This document shows, piece by piece, positions 37,522 through 47,188 of a stretch of 64,000 nucleotides of DNA (position 1 is its first letter; each line of letters starts with the position of its first letter). The DNA comes from a bacterium (lineage in GTDB: Bacteria; Patescibacteriota; Minisyncoccia; Minisyncoccales; Minisyncoccaceae): positions 8,798 to 72,797 of the forward strand of contig JBFZBB010000005.1 of the NCBI GenBank assembly GCA_041308625.1. The letters run 5' to 3'. Below the pieces are notes generated by a model that was not told where the DNA came from, made no database searches, and saw nothing but the letters and a program-made list of their open reading frames with translations. A program made the position numbers and the translations under genes.

Positions 37522-37710
37522 TTAAAATTCAAAAATATCCTCTATTTTCTCTTTAAAAACCTTAGATATATCATAAGCTAACTTCAACGAAGGAACATAT
37601 TTGCCTTGCTCTAGAAAAACAATGGTTTCTCTCCTTACATTAACCATTTTAGCTAAATCTTCTTGAGTTAGTCTTTTTTTAAGTCTTAGTTCTTTTATTC
37701 TTGTTTTCAT
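37522..37710 (-). CDS. XRE-family HTH transcriptional regulator (62 aa)
   Basis: [49 protein letters not shown]. Confidence 0.8.
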   Translation of the reverse strand: MKTRIKELRLKKRLTQEDLAKMVNVRRETIVFLEQGKYVPSLKLAYDISKVFKEKIEDIFEF

Positions 37711-38096
37711 AGCATTAAATCTTCTTTTTTGCTGTAATAGATCCTAAAAACAATATTAAGAATTACCATTACAAAAATCAATATTCCTAATAACTGACTT
37801 ATTGATAATTGTATTGGGTTAAAATAATCAACCCACCATATTCCTAGTATAACCATTAAAGTAATTTGAAAAGAAGCAGCTAAAGCAGTATATGATACTT
37901 TCATTGTTCTTTCATCTTTTTCTGGACCGTCTCCATATCTTTTATATCTAACCATACCAACAGCAAACATACTTGCACCAGCAGTCATCATAATCGTAAA
38001 AGCAGATTCTTCTATTGTATTAGAAATTCTTAAAACTATACTTCCTAAAAAAAGGATTAGCCCAAAAACAATACTAAACAAATGTCTTTTTTTCAT
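37707..38096 (-). CDS. small 4-TM membrane protein (DUF2178-like partner of the short XRE regulator)
   Basis: ATGA overlap with the HTH gene. Assigned on topology. Confidence 0.45.
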   Translation of the reverse strand: MKKRHLFSIVFGLILFLGSIVLRISNTIEESAFTIMMTAGASMFAVGMVRYKRYGDGPEKDERTMKVSYTALAASFQITLMVILGIWWVDYFNPIQLSISQLLGILIFVMVILNIVFRIYYSKKEDLML

Positions 38097-38181
38097 ATTT
38101 TTGTATATTTATTATATCTATCTTCATGTTATATCATTCTAACATTAATGTCAAGAAAAAATATAGACCATGTTGTCTATA

Positions 38182-38442
38182 TTATTTTTTGTTCACATCT
38201 GTAAGTGAAAATAATTCAGGCTTGCCACTTTTTTGCAAATTATAATAAATGAATAACCAATCCTCTTTTGATTGAGCAAGTTTCTTTATTTTTTCAATTG
38301 TTTCTTTTTCCAGTCTACTATCTGACTCAGACAAAAGAAGAATGCTGATCCAACCATCAAGCTCTTTAATAGAATAAACCTTAATCCGCATTAATAGCCA
38401 AACCACTTTTAGTCTTTTAAGGAACATTTTTACCATCTCCAA
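38182..38442 (-). CDS. hypothetical protein
   Basis: ORF evidence only. Confidence 0.3.
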   Translation of the reverse strand: MEMVKMFLKRLKVVWLLMRIKVYSIKELDGWISILLLSESDSRLEKETIEKIKKLAQSKEDWLFIYYNLQKSGKPELFSLTDVNKK

Positions 38443-38488
38443 ATGGTATGAATAATGTAATATTAAAGAATAAAATTGTCAAACAGAA

Positions 38489-39064
38489 TTAAATTCCTAT
38501 TATTCCCCTTTTCTTCATTTCCCAAAAACATTTAGCTGTTATTTCAATATCTACTCTTGCATCATGTGCTTCCTCAAAATCTGATTCAAAAAGCTTATAA
38601 TGTAGCTCTGAGAGCTTGGGCCACTTATATCCATACTTACTACTTATTGCACAAAACTTTGTTGAAGCTTCCATTGTGCAAAATCTAGCCTTATTCACAA
38701 AACAAGCCTCTATTCCTTTTCTTAAAAACTCTGCTCCAATTATTTTTTCATCAAAACCAATATTGTGACCAATTAAAAAATCAGTTTCTTCTACTGCTTC
38801 ATTGAAATCACATAAAACATCAATTAAGTCTTTTCCATAAGTAATAGCTTTTTCATTTGTAATTCCGTGTATCATTGTTGAATCATTAGGAATAACAAAA
38901 CCTTCTGGTTTAATAATATAGTCTTTACTTGATACTTCTTCTCCATTGTTATCGTAAAGAAGCCAAGCAAGTTGAACTAGTCTTGGCCAATTATCCAAGT
39001 CTTCTATTGGTGCTTTATAATTACGAGGAAGACCAGTTGTTTCCGTGTCGAAAAATAAATACAT
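38489..39064 (-). CDS. DEDDh 3'-5' exonuclease (DnaQ/epsilon-like)
   Basis: Exo I LFFDTETTGL, Exo II GHNIGFDEK and Exo III HDARVD. Confidence 0.75.
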   Translation of the reverse strand: MYLFFDTETTGLPRNYKAPIEDLDNWPRLVQLAWLLYDNNGEEVSSKDYIIKPEGFVIPNDSTMIHGITNEKAITYGKDLIDVLCDFNEAVEETDFLIGHNIGFDEKIIGAEFLRKGIEACFVNKARFCTMEASTKFCAISSKYGYKWPKLSELHYKLFESDFEEAHDARVDIEITAKCFWEMKKRGIIGI

Positions 39065-39118
39065 TTTTAAAATTTTTATTTCAATAATCTAGACGAGGTA
39101 ATCATTTTAATAATAAAA

Positions 39119-40033
39119 TTATATCCCTCTACACTCTTCTACGGTAAAAGTTTCTATTAGTATTGGTATGTTGTTTTCTATTTTATAGGCATTCACTTCG
39201 CAAGGAAAACCTATTTTTATATATTCGTATAGTTCTTTTTTAGTTTCATCAAACTCTGCCCTACTAAAACATAGTTTGCTAAAATTTTCATTATATAAAT
39301 ACTGATCTTTTTCTGGATCAAACAAATAAACAGAATAAGTTGCATTAGTGGCCGCATTCTCCTGTATTAATAAATCATAATAGTTATCAAAATTTATATC
39401 AAAAAAATCAACAAATAAACATCTGTCATTCTTTATGTCTTGATTTCCACTTTTATTATAAATCCTAATTTTACAAGCAGTACAATTGTCTTCTAAATAA
39501 TCTATTTCTACAAATATTTTCCTATTATTAAATTGATAATAATTCATTGAATTGTTTTCACAAAAAGAAGAGTCTGCAAAATAAGAACCATTTAATTTTA
39601 TTTTGCTCATAATACATGTTTCACATCCTCCATGAGACCCTGTCTTCCCCTGCTCACAAGAGTCAAACGAATAAAAACAAGCATAAATATTATCAAAATT
39701 ATAATCATACTCCGTTTCAGACCCTGGACAATAAGCTTCTGTCCAAAATTCAATAGATTCTGGCAAATCATTACTAACTATCTCTGTCGCGGCAAAAAAA
39801 GCTTTTGCTTGCTCGTTAGTCATTTTTTTGCCAGATAAATTATTTATTTCTTCTTCGGATAAGGTCTGCTGATTGTAAATTTTATCAAAAGAATTATTGT
39901 TCTGTTCTTGATTTTGATTATCGCTTTCTCGCTGTTTTCCTTGATTAAAAAAATAACTAAGACTTCCGATTATAACCATAGTCAAAAAGATTATTCCGAT
40001 AATTAAAAAATTAAAATTGCCTTTTTGATTCAT
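39119..40033 (-). CDS. membrane-anchored/secreted hypothetical protein, paralog of 29998..31278
   Basis: TM anchor, Q/N-rich linker, then ATEIVSNDLPESIEFWTEAYCP...HGGCETCIMSKIKL. Confidence 0.5.
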   Translation of the reverse strand: MNQKGNFNFLIIGIIFLTMVIIGSLSYFFNQGKQRESDNQNQEQNNNSFDKIYNQQTLSEEEINNLSGKKMTNEQAKAFFAATEIVSNDLPESIEFWTEAYCPGSETEYDYNFDNIYACFYSFDSCEQGKTGSHGGCETCIMSKIKLNGSYFADSSFCENNSMNYYQFNNRKIFVEIDYLEDNCTACKIRIYNKSGNQDIKNDRCLFVDFFDINFDNYYDLLIQENAATNATYSVYLFDPEKDQYLYNENFSKLCFSRAEFDETKKELYEYIKIGFPCEVNAYKIENNIPILIETFTVEECRGI

Positions 40034-40073
40034 GTTAATATTTTTATTATATTAAATCATTCTAACATAAATT

Positions 40074-40097
40074 AAAAACCGATAAAAGTCGGTTTCC
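40074..40097 (-). terminator. rho-independent terminator after secA
   Basis: Stem aaaccga / tcggttt. On the minus strand it is followed by a T run. Confidence 0.6.
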
Positions 40098-40128
40098 ACC
40101 AAAATTTTAGCATAAAATAGGCTAATTA

Positions 40129-42543
40129 TTACTTATCCTTCCCACAACACTTCTTATACTTCTTCCCGCTCCCACAAGGACAAGGATCATTTCTTCCAAT
40201 TTCCTTAACTCCTTGAGTCACGGTTTGCCTTTTTTCTTCAGGTTTAATATTAACATTAATACCTGCTCTCATTATACTATTAATGACAAGTTTTTCATAA
40301 TTGTCTAATAAATCCTTAAACATAATGTGTCCTTCTTTCTTATATTCTACTAAAGGATCTCTTTGACCATATGCTCTTAATCTAACTGATTCTCTTAAGC
40401 TTTCCATGTTTTCTAAATGTTCAACCCATAAAGTGTCCAATGCTCTTAAAGAAGCAATCATTTCAACTTGTCGCATATTATCAACCCCTAATTCTTTTTC
40501 TTTGTTTTCATAGTCTTCAATGGTAAAGCCTGCTTTTTCAATTAAAGGTAAAACATCTTCTTTTAGTTCTTTTTTCTCTCCTTTTTCAAGAATCTCCTTT
40601 CTCCTCTTATATATCACCTCTCTATGCTTACTTAATACATCATCATATTCTAATACATATTTTCTTGAATCAAAGTTAGCTCCTTCAATTTTTGATTGAG
40701 CTGATTCAATGCTTTTTGAAATAATTGGATTTTCAATTAATGCATCATCTGGTAAATTAAATCTTTCCATTAAAGCTTTAATCCTATCTCCTCCAAATAT
40801 TCTAATTACGTCATCTTCTAAAGAAACAAAGAATTGAGTAGTACCAGGATCTCCTTGACGCCCTGTTCTTCCTCTTAATTGATTATCAATTCTTCTAGCT
40901 TCATGTCTTTCAGTTCCTATTACATATAGTCCACCTAATTCAACAATCTTTTTCTTTTCTTCTTCATTAACAGGATTTCCTCCTAATGCAATATCAACCC
41001 CTCTACCAGCCATGTTGGTAGCAACAGTTACTGCATTCAGCGCACCTGCCTGAGCAATAATTTCTCCTTCTTTTTCATGATTTTTTGCATTTAATACTTG
41101 GTGCTTAACTCCTTCACGATTTAACAAAGCACTTAAATACTCGTTCTTTTGAATAGAAGTTGTACCAATTAACACTGGCTGTCCTGTTTCATTTCTTTTC
41201 TTAACCTCTTCTGCTACAGCTTTAAACTTAGCTTGTTCTGTTTTATATACTCTATCTGGTAAATCTTTTCTAATATTTGGCTTATTAGTTGGTATTACGA
41301 TAGCATCTAGGCCATATACTTTATCAAACTCTTCTGCTGATGTTTCAGCAGTACCTGTCATACCAGCTAATTTCTTAAACATTCTAAAATAGTTTTGAAA
41401 TGTAATTGAGGCCAAAGTAATAGACTCTGGATTTACTTTAACTCCTTCTTTTGCTTCTATTGCTTGATGTAATCCCCCTGACCATCTTCTTCCTGGCATT
41501 AATCTTCCAGTAAAAGTATCAACGATTACAATCTCTCCATTTCTAACAACATAATCCTTATCTAATTTAAATAATATCTCTGCCTTAAGAGCTTGTTCTA
41601 AGTGGTGAAGATATTTAATTCCTTTTTGATCATATATATTATCAACTCTAAGTATTTTTTCTATCCTATTAATCCCTTCCTCAGTTAAAGTAACTGCTCT
41701 CATCTTTTCATCTACCTCATAATCAGTTTCTTTATTCAAATGAGGAATAATTTTAGCAAACTCAAGATACCAGTTAGAACTTTCTGTATCAGGAGAAGAA
41801 ATAATTAAAGGAGTTCTAGCTTCATCGATTAAAATTGAATCAACTTCATCTACTATTGCATAATGATATCCTCTTTGAACCATCTCAGAAGTAGAGTAAC
41901 ATAAATTATCTCTTAAAAAGTCAAAACCAAACTCATTATTGGTTCCATAAGTAATATCTGCTAAGTACGCTTCTTTTCTTGTACAAGGTCTCAAAAAGTT
42001 TTCTACAACTTTAAATCCTCCTAATTGATCTCTTTCTTCGTCTCCTTGTTTGTAATTAGAATCATAGATAAAGGATTGTTCATGGTTTAAAACGGAAACA
42101 CTCAAGCCCAATGCATCATAAATCTGACCCATCCAAACTGCATCTCTTCTCGAAAGATAATCATTAACAGTTACAACGTGACAACCTTTTTCTTCTAGCG
42201 CATTTAAATATACTGGTAGGGTTGCGGTTAATGTTTTTCCTTCCCCTGTTTTCATCTCAGCAATTTTTCCTTGATGCAAAACTATTCCACCAATTAATTG
42301 AACATTAAAATGTTTTTGATTAAGATTTCTTTTAGAAGCTTCTCTTACTAATGCAAAAGCATACGGTAAAACATCTTCACCATTTTTAATTTTTTCTTTT
42401 AGTTCTTTAGTTTTTAATTTTAACTCTTCGGAATTTAACTTAGATACTTCTTCTTCTAAAAAATTAATTTTATCAACAACTGGTTTTAAACTCTTAATAT
42501 ATCTTTCGTTAGCATCACCGAAAAAATTACTGATAAATGACAT
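40129..42543 (-). CDS. secA: preprotein translocase ATPase SecA
   Basis: MKTGEGKTL, DEVDSILIDEARTPLIIS, TNMAGRGVDI and the C-terminal zinc motif CPCGSGKKYKKCCG. Confidence 0.95.
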   Translation of the reverse strand: MSFISNFFGDANERYIKSLKPVVDKINFLEEEVSKLNSEELKLKTKELKEKIKNGEDVLPYAFALVREASKRNLNQKHFNVQLIGGIVLHQGKIAEMKTGEGKTLTATLPVYLNALEEKGCHVVTVNDYLSRRDAVWMGQIYDALGLSVSVLNHEQSFIYDSNYKQGDEERDQLGGFKVVENFLRPCTRKEAYLADITYGTNNEFGFDFLRDNLCYSTSEMVQRGYHYAIVDEVDSILIDEARTPLIISSPDTESSNWYLEFAKIIPHLNKETDYEVDEKMRAVTLTEEGINRIEKILRVDNIYDQKGIKYLHHLEQALKAEILFKLDKDYVVRNGEIVIVDTFTGRLMPGRRWSGGLHQAIEAKEGVKVNPESITLASITFQNYFRMFKKLAGMTGTAETSAEEFDKVYGLDAIVIPTNKPNIRKDLPDRVYKTEQAKFKAVAEEVKKRNETGQPVLIGTTSIQKNEYLSALLNREGVKHQVLNAKNHEKEGEIIAQAGALNAVTVATNMAGRGVDIALGGNPVNEEEKKKIVELGGLYVIGTERHEARRIDNQLRGRTGRQGDPGTTQFFVSLEDDVIRIFGGDRIKALMERFNLPDDALIENPIISKSIESAQSKIEGANFDSRKYVLEYDDVLSKHREVIYKRRKEILEKGEKKELKEDVLPLIEKAGFTIEDYENKEKELGVDNMRQVEMIASLRALDTLWVEHLENMESLRESVRLRAYGQRDPLVEYKKEGHIMFKDLLDNYEKLVINSIMRAGINVNIKPEEKRQTVTQGVKEIGRNDPCPCGSGKKYKKCCGKDK

Positions 42544-42549
42544 AATAAC

Positions 42550-42873
42550 TTACTTAAGTTTTCTTCTGGCAAGATAAGAATCTTTTCTTTTTCTCAATTG
42601 TCTTTCCAAATCATCAACTGATTCAATAATAGCACTTCTCATATTGTCTTTCTCTGAAACTGATCTTAACATTTTTTGTCCTAACTGAATTTGTATTTCT
42701 GATTTATAAATATCTCCTTTCTGATGATGCTTTGTTGTTAATCCTAATTCAATTTCAACAAGCAAATCAGGGACGTCTGGTAAAAGCTTATCTAGGGCCT
42801 GTATTTTCTTATCTAAAAAGGAAGAAAGACCTGTATTTAACTTTATATTTGTCTCTTTTATTCTTGTTTTCAT
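42550..42873 (-). CDS. hpf: ribosome hibernation promoting factor / RaiA family
   Basis: 107 aa with LSSFLDKKIQALDKLL...VEIELG...KSEIQIQL...MRSAIIESVDDLERQLRKRKD. Confidence 0.7.
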   Translation of the reverse strand: MKTRIKETNIKLNTGLSSFLDKKIQALDKLLPDVPDLLVEIELGLTTKHHQKGDIYKSEIQIQLGQKMLRSVSEKDNMRSAIIESVDDLERQLRKRKDSYLARRKLK

Positions 42874-42889
42874 ATATTAAATATTATCA

Positions 42890-42921
42890 TAAAAACAACC
42901 CTTTGGAAAGGGTTGTTTTAA
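42890..42921. terminator. hairpin terminator (bidirectional architecture)
   Basis: 9-bp stem aaacaaccc / gggttgttt with an 8-nt loop, flanked by A and T runs. Confidence 0.55.
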
Positions 42922-42926
42922 ACTAA

Positions 42927-43046
42927 CTATTTTTTCTTTGCAACTTTCTTTTTAGTAGTTTTTTTCTTTGCAACTTTCTTCACAGCTTTTTTCTTTGCTG
43001 GTTTCTTTGCAACTTTCTTTTTTACTACTTTCTTTTTTGTAGCCAT
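42927..43046 (-). CDS. 39-aa poly-lysine (histone H1-like tail) micro-protein
   Basis: Hand translation: [39 protein letters not shown]. It is followed by the 42890-42921 terminator. It falls below the ORF-track size cutoff, and no clear SD is present. Confidence 0.4.
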   Translation of the reverse strand: MATKKKVVKKKVAKKPAKKKAVKKVAKKKTTKKKVAKKK

Positions 43047-43174
43047 TTTTTTTCGTACGAGATTATTTTTAATAACTCGACCTTTTTTCTTTCATTATTA
43101 TTTTTAGAAAATTTTTTTTAGAAAAAATAATTTTCTTAATTCATTTTCGCTCTAAAAAAATAATTTGTCAATAG

Positions 43175-44095
43175 CTAAACACAAAAAATTTTAATTTCTT
43201 CTTCTAATTTTATTAAAAATTTCTTTTCAACTTCTTTTTTTATAAAATTTATTAACTTTAAAACATTTTCTGACTTTGCATTTTCTAAATTTAAAATAAA
43301 ATTTGCATGTTCCAAAGAAATTTTTGCATCACCAATTGAAAATCCTTTTAATCCGCACTCTTCAATCAACATTCCTGCAGAAAGATATCCTTTTTCAAAA
43401 TAAAATTCTTTTAACTGAGGGTATTTTTTAAAAATACTTTCATTAACTTCACCATAATAGTTTTTAAAAATACTTCCCAATGAAAATCCTTTAGGATGAT
43501 TTAATTTTCTTTTTTCAAAATTCTCTTTTATTTTTTTACTAGGATTACCTTTGCTTAATTTTAATTTTACAGAAAGAATTATAAGATTAGGATTATTTTT
43601 AAAAATACTTGTTCTGTAACCAAAATTACAATCTTTTCTTTTAATTTCTCTAACTCCTTTTCCAACTTCTAAAACTTCTACACTAATAATGCTATCTCCA
43701 ATCGATTCATTAAAAGCTCCTGCGTTACCATTAATTGCTCCTCCTATTGTTCCTGGAATACCAATTGCCCACTCTAAACCAACAAACTCTTTTAATTTAC
43801 CGACTAAAAAAGAAAGTAAAACGCCTGCCTCAACAATTATTTCTCCGTAACAACCCTTATCTTCAATTAAAAATTCTGGTTTATCTGCTTTAAAAACAAT
43901 AGTTAGTCCGTTATAAAAATCATCGCTAATCAAAGTATTGCTGCCTCCTCCTAAAATACGAAAAGGCATATCAATTTCATTAATTAATTTCTTTAAATCT
44001 TCTTTATTCTTAATTTCAATAAAATATTTAGAAATTCCTCCTATTCGAAAAGTAGAATAATCTTTTAATAAAACATTTTCTTTTAGTTTCATCAT
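43175..44095 (-). CDS. murB: UDP-N-acetylenolpyruvoylglucosamine reductase
   Basis: YSTFRIGG and ILGGGSNTLI in the FAD-binding domain, plus the C-terminal MurB domain (AGMLIEECGLKG). Confidence 0.85.
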   Translation of the reverse strand: MMKLKENVLLKDYSTFRIGGISKYFIEIKNKEDLKKLINEIDMPFRILGGGSNTLISDDFYNGLTIVFKADKPEFLIEDKGCYGEIIVEAGVLLSFLVGKLKEFVGLEWAIGIPGTIGGAINGNAGAFNESIGDSIISVEVLEVGKGVREIKRKDCNFGYRTSIFKNNPNLIILSVKLKLSKGNPSKKIKENFEKRKLNHPKGFSLGSIFKNYYGEVNESIFKKYPQLKEFYFEKGYLSAGMLIEECGLKGFSIGDAKISLEHANFILNLENAKSENVLKLINFIKKEVEKKFLIKLEEEIKIFCV

Positions 44096-44128
44096 ATATT
44101 TAATAATAGCATAAAATAAAATAGAGGG

Positions 44129-44557
44129 CTAACCCTCTATAATTTGTTCAACAATTTTTACTGACAGAGGCTCTTTAAAGACAATGACGTCTTTTGAAAA
44201 TGCTTCAGGGGTACAGGCATTAACTGCTATTTTAACTACTTTTTCATCTTCAATCTCAAAGTCTTCTGGTATACTGGCAATATATAAAACCTTTTCATAA
44301 TCACCGAACCTTAATACTTTTTCAAGATGATCATGCTTATCGCCATCTTCTCTTCCATAGATAAGAAAAACAATCTTATCCAGTTTTTGCTTTTTAAGGT
44401 GCTCCTCGATAAAAGCAACTCCCGACACCGAAGAAACAAACACGTCGAAATTTTCTTTTAATTTCTTAAGAGCCTGTTCTGTTTCTGGATAAACTTTTAA
44501 TCTTAAAGGATCCACGATGGTTCCTAAAAAATCAATAACAATAGCCTGTTCTGTCAT
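44129..44557 (-). CDS. hypothetical protein (weak, degenerate HAD-like N-terminus)
   Basis: AIVIDFLGTIVDP resembles HAD motif I, but the second Asp is replaced. Confidence 0.3.
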   Translation of the reverse strand: MTEQAIVIDFLGTIVDPLRLKVYPETEQALKKLKENFDVFVSSVSGVAFIEEHLKKQKLDKIVFLIYGREDGDKHDHLEKVLRFGDYEKVLYIASIPEDFEIEDEKVVKIAVNACTPEAFSKDVIVFKEPLSVKIVEQIIEG

Positions 44558-44587
44558 GGTAATGTACCATCTACACTATACAATAAA

Positions 44588-46339
44588 CTAAAAATTAGTC
44601 AATACTTCTATTTTTTCTTCTAATCCTTCGTATTGAGGGTAAATATTAAATGCTTTCTTATATTCCTCAAGTGCTAGCTCTTCTTCTTTTAATTCTTCAT
44701 AGATTCTACCCTTAACAATATATGCTAAATAATTATTAGGAGACAATTCAATTGCTTTGTTTAAAGCATTAAGAGCTTTTTCACGATTATCATTAATTAT
44801 AAAACTAGTGTTTTCATAAATTAATGCTAAATTCTGCCAAGTAATAAAATTATAAGGATCAATAATGGTTGCTCTTTCAGCGATTACTTCTGACTTAGAG
44901 ACTAGTCCTTCCATTAATTTTTTATTTTCTTCTTGTTGTGTTTTAAAATGCTCATTAAGCGTCCAGTTATTATTAAAAACATCAGTTACTTTTAATAAAT
45001 ATAATTGAGAAAGACCAACATAATAATCTGATAAATTAAAAAGATTGGATGCTTTTTCCATTTTTACAATAGCTTGATCAATATTATTTTCATATTCACT
45101 CACTGCTTGTTTCGATAATTGTTCTGAAAATAAATATATAAAAAAGAATATACTCATTATTAAATATATTACAGCAACAATTATTAAAACCTTAAAGTTA
45201 ATTTTTATTTCTTTACCATGAAATCCTTCATAAATTCCAAGAAAAACAAATAACAAAACAAATAGCAAAAGTTCTATTTTCCAAACAATCAAAGAAACAA
45301 AAAGTAAAGATATTAACAAAAAAACGATATCTTCTGCTTCTGAATTATTTTTAAAGAAATGCTTCATTGTCTTTAAAATACAAATTATAAAAACTAATAA
45401 TCCTAGAACACCAAAATCAGATAAAATTGTTAAAAACCCTGAAGAAGGTTGACTAACTGTCATTAGCATCAACGCTTTATCAAAATAAAGAGCATAATTA
45501 TACTTAAATGTTCCTGGTCCTGTACCAAAGATAAAATTTTTAACATTATGTGTAATATTTTTCGAAACTATATTAAAGCTTTCTTGCGTTGACAATTGTT
45601 TGTCAAAATTAAAAGAATTCGGAATTAAATTAGGAGAAATAGAAATAATAAATAAGGAAACAAAAACGACCAAAGATAATAAAATCTTGCGATCTTTAAA
45701 AGAAAAACTATTCTCCTGTGTTTTTTTCCAGAAAATAAAGAAAGCAAATAAAGATGCGATAAACCAAGCTATTTTAAAACCAACTACAAATAGAACACAA
45801 ACGAAAACAAAAGAAAATATTAAATTAGTTACTATTTCTGATTTTCTTTTTCTAAAAATTAATTTGTATAGAGAAATACCTAGAGCCAAAGAAACCAATA
45901 TCATTATTGATTCTATTGAAAAATAATACCTTCCAACAATAGAACTAACAACAATAATTATTGAATCAATTACTAAACCAAAACAAATAGAAGAAATAAA
46001 TAAACTAATATCTTCTTTCTTTTTTAAAATATTCCCAGAAACAGCAAACAATAAAAACAAAGAATATAAAATAAAAAATGCATCAACGCTTCCAGCAAAG
46101 CTTAAATAAATATTCTTAGAAAAAATCATTGACAAAAAAGAAATAGCCAAAAAATAAATAAAAATATTTTTTCTAATAAAGAATTCTTTTGTTTTAAAAG
46201 CTTCTATTAACTGTAAAATAAAAATTAATAACACAAAAATAATTAAAAGTAGCCTTATATCAAAAAATAATAAAGCTACAGATGAAACAAAACCAAAAAC
46301 AAAAAAAATGTATTTTGATAGCTCGTTTATAGTTGGCAT
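44588..46339 (-). CDS. O-antigen ligase/polymerase-like polytopic membrane protein with C-terminal TPR repeats
   Basis: About 12 TM helices followed by a TPR-like tail (AIELSPNNYLAYIVKGRIYEELKEEELALEEYKKAFNIYP). Confidence 0.45.
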   Translation of the reverse strand: MPTINELSKYIFFVFGFVSSVALLFFDIRLLLIIFVLLIFILQLIEAFKTKEFFIRKNIFIYFLAISFLSMIFSKNIYLSFAGSVDAFFILYSLFLLFAVSGNILKKKEDISLFISSICFGLVIDSIIIVVSSIVGRYYFSIESIMILVSLALGISLYKLIFRKRKSEIVTNLIFSFVFVCVLFVVGFKIAWFIASLFAFFIFWKKTQENSFSFKDRKILLSLVVFVSLFIISISPNLIPNSFNFDKQLSTQESFNIVSKNITHNVKNFIFGTGPGTFKYNYALYFDKALMLMTVSQPSSGFLTILSDFGVLGLLVFIICILKTMKHFFKNNSEAEDIVFLLISLLFVSLIVWKIELLLFVLLFVFLGIYEGFHGKEIKINFKVLIIVAVIYLIMSIFFFIYLFSEQLSKQAVSEYENNIDQAIVKMEKASNLFNLSDYYVGLSQLYLLKVTDVFNNNWTLNEHFKTQQEENKKLMEGLVSKSEVIAERATIIDPYNFITWQNLALIYENTSFIINDNREKALNALNKAIELSPNNYLAYIVKGRIYEELKEEELALEEYKKAFNIYPQYEGLEEKIEVLTNF

Positions 46340-46378
46340 AAAGTTATTATACTATCTTTTGAAAAATAAAAAAAGAGA

Positions 46379-46546
46379 CTATCGTCCCTTATGATGTTTT
46401 AAAAGAACTTGTCTCTTGATATGATCGTACAGAAGCCTCTCTGATCCTCCTTGTTCAGGCTTCATAACAACATTTGTTTCGCTCAAAAAGTTAATACCCT
46501 TCCAGATTTTACCCTGGTATTCAATCCGTATTTCTTCTGGTCGCAA
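46379..46546 (-). CDS. possible small ORF (55 aa from TTG, or 28 aa from ATG at 46465)
   Basis: AGAGGA RBS lies 6 nt upstream of the TTG, immediately after the stop of the 178-aa ORF. It shares the G+C-richer composition of that ORF. No homology recognised. Confidence 0.25.
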   Translation of the reverse strand: MRPEEIRIEYQGKIWKGINFLSETNVVMKPEQGGSERLLYDHIKRQVLLKHHKGR

Positions 46547-46558
46547 AGCAATTCCTCT

Positions 46559-47095
46559 TTAGGCTAGCATCTCTATAATGCTGTATATTCTTGTGTCAAC
46601 CTCAACAAACCTTCTGACGTGATTAAAATCTTTATCAGCTTTTAAAGCATTTTGCGCAGCTTCACAATTTTGCAATGGAGGCCTATCCTGTAAAACACAG
46701 AAACCAAACTTCCCGGTTTTAGGTGGCATTTCTGGAACCTCTTCTCCACAAATAGCTTGTCCAAAGCTATTAATCCTAAATCTAGGACAATTGATTTCAA
46801 TGATACTTCTTCGCTTGTCTATATGACATGCTTTGAGTTCATGGGCCTTAGATCCATCAAAAAATTTTTCATTGAATGCTTTGATGGCCTGTTTTACGTT
46901 GATTGCTTCAACAAACCAGTATGAAACCTTGATTAGGGTTGACTTCTTTTTCATTTCTTCAATACAATTCTCTAGGTTTTCACCCTTGTGGCATATTACC
47001 TTGTACACCACACCATTAATAGCAAAAAATCGATAAGATTCCCCATCTTTTCTAAGCTCAATGATTCTTTCTGCAACAGGAATTCGAAAATTCAT
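46559..47095 (-). CDS. hypothetical Cys-containing protein in a G+C-richer islet
   Basis: Strong SD AAGGAGA lies 7 nt upstream of the ATG. 178 aa, no recognised family. Confidence 0.55.
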   Translation of the reverse strand: MNFRIPVAERIIELRKDGESYRFFAINGVVYKVICHKGENLENCIEEMKKKSTLIKVSYWFVEAINVKQAIKAFNEKFFDGSKAHELKACHIDKRRSIIEINCPRFRINSFGQAICGEEVPEMPPKTGKFGFCVLQDRPPLQNCEAAQNALKADKDFNHVRRFVEVDTRIYSIIEMLA

Positions 47096-47188
47096 CGTAC
47101 TTCTCCTTTTTAAGTTTTAAAAGATAATAAAAACACTATAGTAATACATAAATTTGATTAAAAAGTCAAGTTCATATATAATAATTAT

